Assembly (NCBI GenBank): GCA_039801225.1
Contig: JBDRUH010000011.1
Coordinates: forward strand, 1-41,261
Reading direction: 5' to 3'
From: a candidate division WOR-3 bacterium
GTDB lineage: Bacteria; Hydrothermota; Tepidihabitantia; Tepidihabitantales; Tepidihabitantaceae
DNA: 41,261 nucleotides
The notes beneath the pieces were generated by a model. That model did not search any database. It was not told the origin of the DNA and was given only the letters and a program-made list of their open reading frames with translations. Positions 35,437 through 41,261 of the stretch are shown here, piece by piece (the first letter of the stretch is position 1; each line of letters starts with the position of its first letter). The position numbers were made by a program, and so were the translations under genes.

Positions 35437-37427
35437 TTCAAAAGAAGCATTTTCTTCCTTACATTTTCCCTGCCACTTACCAATTCCACAATATAAACCC
35501 CGTTCGGCTGGTTGAGTTTAAAACCAATCTGATGCTCACCCGCGGATTGATTGCCGGTGAAGAGAGTTTGCACTACCCTGCCGGATGGGTCAAAAAGAGT
35601 AATGGTAACTTTGCCCGGTTGGGGAAGAAAGTATTTTAAAAAGCCTTTTTCCCTTACCGGGTTCGGATTGATATTCACTATTAGTTTCCCTTTTGCGAGC
35701 GGTGATTGCTCGGCAACACCGACCGTTACCGTGTGCTCGTCCAAGACCCAGTTATTCGGGTCAAACTCCAAGCCAGTAGGTTGCGAGGTGAAGACAAACA
35801 CATTCCTTTGCGGGTTTTCTATAACCGGATAGCGGATTAAAGTTTCCCCACTAGCAAAGAAAAACTTCACCTCAACCGGGATGTGGAAGGTTTGGGGTGC
35901 GCCAGCCATATTGTTCTGGCTGAGGTCAACATTAACCTCCCAACCAGTTTCGGTCTCCTTTGCCTGCCAGCCAACCGTGTAGTTGGGATAGCCCAATTGA
36001 TAAACCCATTCATCAAAGAACCAGTTCAAATCCAGACCGGTCATTTGCTCGTGAATCCGCTGATAATCCTCGGTGCTGGCATTTCTATACTTCAGACTTT
36101 CCCCGTAGTTATGGAGCGCCTGAAAGAAGATGCCCGGTGAGACCCAGTTGGTATCACCCTCAACATAACGGAGCATATGCTGAACCCAGGCGCCTTTGCA
36201 ATAGGAATGTCCCCAGTCAAACAGGTGGTCGGGCGGTGGGTCATAAATTGGATGGGGGTCTTCTGCCTCCTCTTGAAAGTAGTCCTCAGCCCGGCTACCC
36301 ATTAGATCGAGAAAGGCGCTATGCCCCTGCTGGTGCCTGGTATAAAGGGCATCAGAATAGGTGGCAAAACCCTCATTCAGCCAGATGTTGCGCCAGTCAA
36401 CGCAGGTTACCATATCGCCCCACCAGTGATGAGAAAGTTCATGGGCAAGTCCATTGTCATTTCCCCAGACAATCCAGGCGCGGTGCACCATTGTCAAAGT
36501 CTGGTTCTCCATCCCGCCCCACTGGAAGGGATATACCACAACATGACCATACTTCTCAAACGGATACCGGCCATAGAGGACCGAGTCGGCGAAAAAATAG
36601 AGCATATCAACCACATTCTGGAAGGCGTTCACCGCCCGGATTGAGTCTTCCGGCCACATAAAATTCTCCACATAGGTGGATTCCCCGGGCGCCAAATAGA
36701 ACCACTGCTTGAAACTCGCCCACTTGGAGGCGGCAAAAGTAATGAGATAGGTGCTTATCGGATAGCGGTGGGTCCACCAGAAGGTCTTCTTGCCGTCGCT
36801 CATCGTAACGCTGTCAAGAATACCATTGGCACAGCCGGCAAGTGAATCGGGTACGGTAATATTCACCTGACAGCCCCGCTCCGCCTTGTCCCAGGGCTCG
36901 TCAAAACAAGGAAACCAGTAGCGGGCATCAGCCGGCTCGGTTGTTGAATAGCAAAGGGAATGGGGAATCCCTTGAGTGCCCTGCTGGTAAAAGAAAAAAC
37001 CCCGATTCTGAGTACCGGAGTTGCGGTGGTAGTAGATGTCAACCGCCAGAGATTCACCACTACCAAACTCCTGGTCAAGGTCAATAAAAAGTTTTCCGCC
37101 ACTGGCGTTAAATGAACAAATGTTTCCTGCCCGTTTAACCGAATCGCAGACCAGGTTGACAAAATGAAGGCTAAAGGTGTCAAAGTTATTCACCCGAGCG
37201 ATGAGTTCCACCCGGGTGTGAGCGGTCATTGCGCCCGAACTCATCGACAGGTCAAGGTCAATCCGATAGTGACGGACATCGAAATGGTGCGTTGATTCGG
37301 CAAACGCCAAATCCCGCTGGGGAAAAAGCAGGAACTTACCTTCGGTTAAGGGTAGGTTGGCCGCTAAATTGGTTAGGCTAAAACCCACGCTTGCAACCAA
37401 AACGGTCATTACCAATTTCCTTTTCAT
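35433..37427 (-). CDS. M1 family zinc aminopeptidase with a T9SS type-A-like C-terminal domain
   Basis: GGMEN, HELSH-18x-E (WLNEGFA), ARYWFPCFD, signal peptide and a PNPV..GVY C-terminal domain; SD AAGGAG. Confidence 0.92.
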   Translation of the reverse strand: MKRKLVMTVLVASVGFSLTNLAANLPLTEGKFLLFPQRDLAFAESTHHFDVRHYRIDLDLSMSSGAMTAHTRVELIARVNNFDTFSLHFVNLVCDSVKRAGNICSFNASGGKLFIDLDQEFGSGESLAVDIYYHRNSGTQNRGFFFYQQGTQGIPHSLCYSTTEPADARYWFPCFDEPWDKAERGCQVNITVPDSLAGCANGILDSVTMSDGKKTFWWTHRYPISTYLITFAASKWASFKQWFYLAPGESTYVENFMWPEDSIRAVNAFQNVVDMLYFFADSVLYGRYPFEKYGHVVVYPFQWGGMENQTLTMVHRAWIVWGNDNGLAHELSHHWWGDMVTCVDWRNIWLNEGFATYSDALYTRHQQGHSAFLDLMGSRAEDYFQEEAEDPHPIYDPPPDHLFDWGHSYCKGAWVQHMLRYVEGDTNWVSPGIFFQALHNYGESLKYRNASTEDYQRIHEQMTGLDLNWFFDEWVYQLGYPNYTVGWQAKETETGWEVNVDLSQNNMAGAPQTFHIPVEVKFFFASGETLIRYPVIENPQRNVFVFTSQPTGLEFDPNNWVLDEHTVTVGVAEQSPLAKGKLIVNINPNPVREKGFLKYFLPQPGKVTITLFDPSGRVVQTLFTGNQSAGEHQIGFKLNQPNGVYIVELVSGRENVRKKMLLLN

Positions 37428-37469
37428 TTTTCTCCTTTTTATTTTAGTTCCATTGCCTCACAGGCTTTT

Positions 37470-37497
37470 ATGTTAGTGTTTTACTTTACCCTGTCAA
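37470..37497 (-). promoter_or_regulatory. Promoter of the M1 peptidase gene
   Basis: TTGACA-N16-TAACAT on the minus strand. Confidence 0.55.
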
Positions 37498-37511
37498 ACC
37501 GTAACCACATC

Positions 37512-37540
37512 TTGACCTTAACCACTTTTATGAGTATCTT
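37512..37540 (+). promoter_or_regulatory. tRNA-Leu promoter
   Basis: TTGACC-N17-TATCTT, 7 nt before the tRNA. Confidence 0.6.
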
Positions 37541-37547
37541 GAATTGA

Positions 37548-37632
37548 GCCGAGGTGGCGGAAATGGCAGACGCGCTAGCCTCAGGAGTTAGTGCTCGTTA
37601 AGAGCTTGGGGGTTCAAATCCCCCCCTCGGCA
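37548..37632 (+). tRNA. tRNA-Leu (anticodon CAG), CCA not encoded
   Basis: Acceptor GCCGAGG/CCTCGGC, anticodon arm CTAGC-CTCAGGA-GTTAG, long variable arm GCTC..GAGC, T-loop TTCAAAT. Confidence 0.95.
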
Positions 37633-37637
37633 TTATT

Positions 37638-38354
37638 TTATATCCGACCCAAAAATCGTTGCAGCCGGAGCCTTAACACCAGCCAGAACGCCCGCCAGAT
37701 GATGCGTTTGGACATTTTGGAAACGCCCGCCCGGCGTTCAGTGAAAATAATCGGAATTTCTTTTATCCTGCCGCCCTTACGCCAGATGAGAAAATCAATT
37801 TCAATCTGGAACCCGTAGCCGTCTTCCCTTAGCCGGTTCAAGTCCAGTTTTCTTAACATATCTACGCGATAAGCCTTAAAACCGGCGGTCAGGTCGCGCA
37901 CCGGGCAACCGGTTACCTTTCGGGCATAAAGGCAGGCAAAATAGGAAAGGAGCAGCCGTTTGATTGGCCAGTTGACAATGGAAATGCCATCCGAATAACG
38001 CGAGCCAATCACCAAGTCATAATCCTTTAAAAGGGCAACCATCTCGGGAATTTTCTCCGGCGGATGGGAGAAATCCGAATCCATCTCAAAGCAGTAGTCG
38101 TAGCCATTTTCCAACGCATACCGGAAACCCAACACATAGGCGGTCCCTAACCCCAACTTCTTCTCCCGACGGATGAGATGGACCCGGGGATTTTTCTCGG
38201 CAATCTTGGCAACAATATCGCCGGTGCCATCGGGCGAGCTGTCGTCAATTACTAAAATATCAAGTTCATCAGACTGTTTTAGAATAACTGGTATTAAGCG
38301 TTCAATGTTTTCCGCTTCATTATAAGTGGGTAAAATTACCAGTCCACGTGCCAC
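37638..38354 (-). CDS. Polyprenol monophosphomannose synthase (GT2, DPM1-like)
   Basis: ILPTYNEAENI, DDSSPDGTG, GLGTAY, EMDSDFSH, GSRY, GYGFQIE, F.ER.AG.SKM. Confidence 0.9.
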   Translation of the reverse strand: MARGLVILPTYNEAENIERLIPVILKQSDELDILVIDDSSPDGTGDIVAKIAEKNPRVHLIRREKKLGLGTAYVLGFRYALENGYDYCFEMDSDFSHPPEKIPEMVALLKDYDLVIGSRYSDGISIVNWPIKRLLLSYFACLYARKVTGCPVRDLTAGFKAYRVDMLRKLDLNRLREDGYGFQIEIDFLIWRKGGRIKEIPIIFTERRAGVSKMSKRIIWRAFWLVLRLRLQRFLGRI

Positions 38355-38359
38355 ATCCT

Positions 38360-38387
38360 ATAATAAGACCTGTTGCCAATTTGTCAA
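38360..38387 (-). promoter_or_regulatory. Promoter 5 nt before GTG 38354
   Basis: TTGACA-N16-TATTAT-N5-GTG. Confidence 0.6.
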
Positions 38388-38406
38388 CAAACATAAAGCG
38401 TGATAA

Positions 38407-38434
38407 TTGACTTTCACCCTAAGAGGAATAATAT
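38407..38434 (+). promoter_or_regulatory. gyrA promoter
   Basis: TTGACT-N16-TAATAT, 9 nt before the ATG. Confidence 0.55.
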
Positions 38435-38443
38435 TAATCAACA

Positions 38444-40867
38444 ATGAGAGAAAATTCGGTTGTCCCGGTATACATTGAAGATGAGGTCCGCAAGTCTTTT
38501 CTGGACTATGCGATGTCGGTTATCGTCGCCCGGGCATTGCCTGATGTCCGGGACGGTTTGAAGCCGGTTCAACGCCGAATTCTCTGGACGATGCAGGAGA
38601 TAGGGCTTTTCCCCAATCGCCCCTTCCGCAAGTCGGCTGCGGTTGTGGGTGATGTCTTGGGAAAATATCATCCCCATGGTGATGCTGCGGTGTATGATGC
38701 CTTGGTGCGAATGGCGCAGGATTTTTCTTTGCGTTATCCCCTCATTCAGGGGCAGGGCAATTTTGGTTCTATTGATGGCGACTCTGCTGCCGCCTACCGT
38801 TACACCGAGGCAAGGCTTTCACCATTGGCAATGGAACTCCTCAATGACCTGGATAAAGATACGGTTGACTTCCAGCCCAACTTTGATGGCCGGCTGAAGG
38901 AGCCGGTGGTTTTACCTGCGGCATTTCCCAATCTATTGTCCAATGGTGCGACTGGTATTGCGGTAGGAATGGCCACTAACATCCCACCGCATAATCTGGG
39001 TGAGTTGATTGATGGACTGGTGGCATTGATTGACAATCCGGCTATTACCGTCGCCGATTTGATGAAATTCGTTAAGGGACCGGACTTTCCCACCGGTGGT
39101 ATGGTTGCCGGGCTGGAAGGAGTGCGGGAGATGTATGAGACCGGTCGGGGAAGTTTTACCGTCAGGGGCAGGGTTGTCTTTGAAGAGGTAAAGGCGGGGC
39201 GGGATCGGCTGGTGATTACCGAAATCCCCTATCAGGTGAATAAGACCAGTCTGGTGGAGCGGATTGCTGAACTGGTGCGGGAGAAGAAGATTCAGGGTGT
39301 TGCCGATTTGCGTGACGAGTCGGACCGGGAAGGTATGAGGATTGTCTTAGAATTAAAGAAGGAGACACCGAAAGAGGTAATTTTAAATCAACTTTTTAAG
39401 TGGACCCCCTTAGAGGAGAACTTCGGCGCCATCCTCTTAGTTTTGGTAAATCAGGAGCCAAAGGTTCTGAACCTAAAGCAACTTTTGGAGAAATTCCTTG
39501 AGTTTCGCTTGGAGACGGTTACCCGCCGGACGAAATTTGAACTGGCTCGGGCTGAGGAGCGGGCGCACATCCTTGAAGGGTTGAAAATTGCATTAAAGAA
39601 CATTGATGCAGTTATTGAGTTAATCAAAAAGTCCAAAGACACCGAAACCGCCCGAACCGGTCTCGTGGAAAAATTTAAATTGTCTCAGCGTCAGGCAGAG
39701 GCGATTCTGGAGATGCGCTTGGCACGGCTCACCGGTCTGGAAAGAGAAAAAATTGACACTGAGTATAAGGAGTTGATAAAGGAAATTGCCCGGCTAAAGA
39801 GCCTGCTTGAATCAAAGAAGTTGATGATGGGTGAAATCCGCCAGGAACTTTTAGCCCTTAAGGAGAAGTTTGCCGATGAACGGCGCACCGAGATTCTTCT
39901 TGAGACGCCCAAGGATGTCTCTATTGAGGATTTAATCAAGGAAGAGGATATGGCGGTTACCATAACCCACCGCGGGTATATCAAACGGATGCCGGTAAGT
40001 GTTTACCGACGCCAGGGTAGAGGTGGGCAAGGTAGAACCGGTGTGCCGGTAGCCGAGGAGGATTTTGTTGAAGGGTTGTTCATAGCCTCAACCCACGACT
40101 ATATGATGTTCTTTACCGATAAAGGAAGGTGCTACTGGCAAAAGGTGTATGAAATTCCCGAGGGCTCTTACGCCTCAAAGGGGCGCTCTATCGCCAACCT
40201 GGTAGAGATGGAAAAGGATGAGGTTACCACCTCCTATGTTGCGGTTCGGGAATTTTCCAAAGATAAGTCGGTCTTCTTTGTCACCAGGCAGGGTATAGTG
40301 AAAAGAACCAGCCTTGAGGCTTTTTCCAACCCGCGGCGCAAGGGAATTATCGCGATGACAGTTGATGAGAAGGATGCACTGATCGCCACCCTTCTTACCT
40401 CAGGTGAAGACGAAATTCTTTTGGTAACCCGTAATGGAATGGGGATAAAGTTCAAAGAGACCGATGTTCGGCAGATGGGCAGAACCGCCAGTGGTGTCCG
40501 AGGTATCAGGCTGAAGAAGGGGGACGAGGTGATTGGCGCCGTTGTCTCTTCACCCAACACATCACTCCTGACGATATTTGACAACGGGTTTGGCAAACGT
40601 ACCGACTTTGACCTGTTTCCGATTCAAAAAAGGGGTGGTAAAGGAGTTATTGCCGCAAAACCGGTGGAGAAGTCGGGTAAACTTGCCTGTGCCAAGGCGG
40701 TGAGCGACTCCTCAGAGATAATCGTAACATCAAGGCAGGGGGTGGTGATTCGGGTGAAGTGTTCGGAGATTAGGAAGTGCGGTCGGGCAACAACCGGGGT
40801 CAAGGTTATGGCGGTTGAGAAGGGTGATGCGGTAGTTGATGTCGCCTTGATAGAGGAGGAGAGTTAG
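38444..40867 (+). CDS. gyrA: DNA gyrase subunit A
   Basis: [25 protein letters not shown] catalytic Tyr, GyrA-box QGRGGQG and beta-pinwheel CTD repeats. Confidence 0.96.
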   Translation: MRENSVVPVYIEDEVRKSFLDYAMSVIVARALPDVRDGLKPVQRRILWTMQEIGLFPNRPFRKSAAVVGDVLGKYHPHGDAAVYDALVRMAQDFSLRYPLIQGQGNFGSIDGDSAAAYRYTEARLSPLAMELLNDLDKDTVDFQPNFDGRLKEPVVLPAAFPNLLSNGATGIAVGMATNIPPHNLGELIDGLVALIDNPAITVADLMKFVKGPDFPTGGMVAGLEGVREMYETGRGSFTVRGRVVFEEVKAGRDRLVITEIPYQVNKTSLVERIAELVREKKIQGVADLRDESDREGMRIVLELKKETPKEVILNQLFKWTPLEENFGAILLVLVNQEPKVLNLKQLLEKFLEFRLETVTRRTKFELARAEERAHILEGLKIALKNIDAVIELIKKSKDTETARTGLVEKFKLSQRQAEAILEMRLARLTGLEREKIDTEYKELIKEIARLKSLLESKKLMMGEIRQELLALKEKFADERRTEILLETPKDVSIEDLIKEEDMAVTITHRGYIKRMPVSVYRRQGRGGQGRTGVPVAEEDFVEGLFIASTHDYMMFFTDKGRCYWQKVYEIPEGSYASKGRSIANLVEMEKDEVTTSYVAVREFSKDKSVFFVTRQGIVKRTSLEAFSNPRRKGIIAMTVDEKDALIATLLTSGEDEILLVTRNGMGIKFKETDVRQMGRTASGVRGIRLKKGDEVIGAVVSSPNTSLLTIFDNGFGKRTDFDLFPIQKRGGKGVIAAKPVEKSGKLACAKAVSDSSEIIVTSRQGVVIRVKCSEIRKCGRATTGVKVMAVEKGDAVVDVALIEEES

Positions 40868-40925
40868 ACCAGTCTTGCCCACCGGCGAAGAATTAGGCTT
40901 TTGACCATAATCCGGAGTAAAATAG

Positions 40926-41261
40926 TTAGAAGGCATTCTTAAGTCCATAAATTTTTCTGTCAAATTTCAGCGAAAATGTCATAGGGGTATTTGAGGTAAG
41001 TTTAGGGAGAGGGCGGATGGGGATTTCGCCGAGGTGGTGATAGAAGGCATGGATTGAGTTGTCAAACCACTGTTGGATTTCAATTTTTGCGCCGGCGAGG
41101 GAAGGTGTTTGTCTGGAGAGGAGGAGTTGATAGGTGATGCCTTTGTAGGAGATGGTGTCGTCATTGGCAACGGTGCGTGTCTCCTTTACGCAGAGGATGG
41201 TTCTCAAGTCAGTGCCATTGGGTATGGGGTGGAAGGCAGGTTTTGGGTCTTTTGGTGGTCG
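40926..41261 (-). mobile_element. ISNCY/IS1202-like transposase C-terminus and right end (element continues beyond the window)
   Basis: Frame open to the window edge (PKDPKPAFHPIP..DLRTILC.KE.RTV..D.TISY.G..YQL). Terminal repeat TGTCAAATTTCAGCGAAAATGTCATAGG at 40958-40985 matches the 27490 end at 22/28. Confidence 0.8.

Noticed and set aside
40895..40957. dif/Xer site next to the IS1202-like end
   Set aside because: TTTGACCATAA resembles one arm, but no TTAT-starting second arm follows the 6-bp spacer.

Overview
Chromosomal core-genome window of a diderm bacterium. Gene style and the C-terminal-sorting-domain proteins suggest a deep-branching FCB-associated lineage such as WOR-3 (inference, not verified). 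Gene order: 5'-truncated DegT-family aminotransferase; TPR + FG-GAP/ASPIC-UnbV protein; dcw cluster (mraZ-rsmH-ftsL-ftsI-murE-mraY-murD-ftsW-murG-murC-murB-ftsA-ftsZ, with no murF, ddl or ftsQ); exbB-exbD-exbD-tonB followed by two tandem Asp-box paralogues with T9SS-type C-terminal domains and no TonB-dependent receptor; DUF2284; tryptophanase-family lyase; ISNCY/IS1202-like remnant; two pilin-like genes; lipoprotein; tRNA-Gln; an endoQ-HIT-HAD-acpS operon; two hypotheticals; M1 aminopeptidase; tRNA-Leu; GT2 mannosyltransferase; gyrA; and the end of a second ISNCY/IS1202-like element. Signals not explained by the genes: (i) hepta-/hexanucleotide tandem arrays read in frame inside degT and essential dcw genes, often as mutually inverted pairs; (ii) a 100-bp palindromic element bracketing ftsL-murB; (iii) several dispersed REP-like families; (iv) a 31-bp motif sitting just upstream of two -35 boxes; (v) a recurring promoter geometry implying leaderless mRNAs. 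All comparisons with homologues were made by eye from family knowledge; no database search was run.
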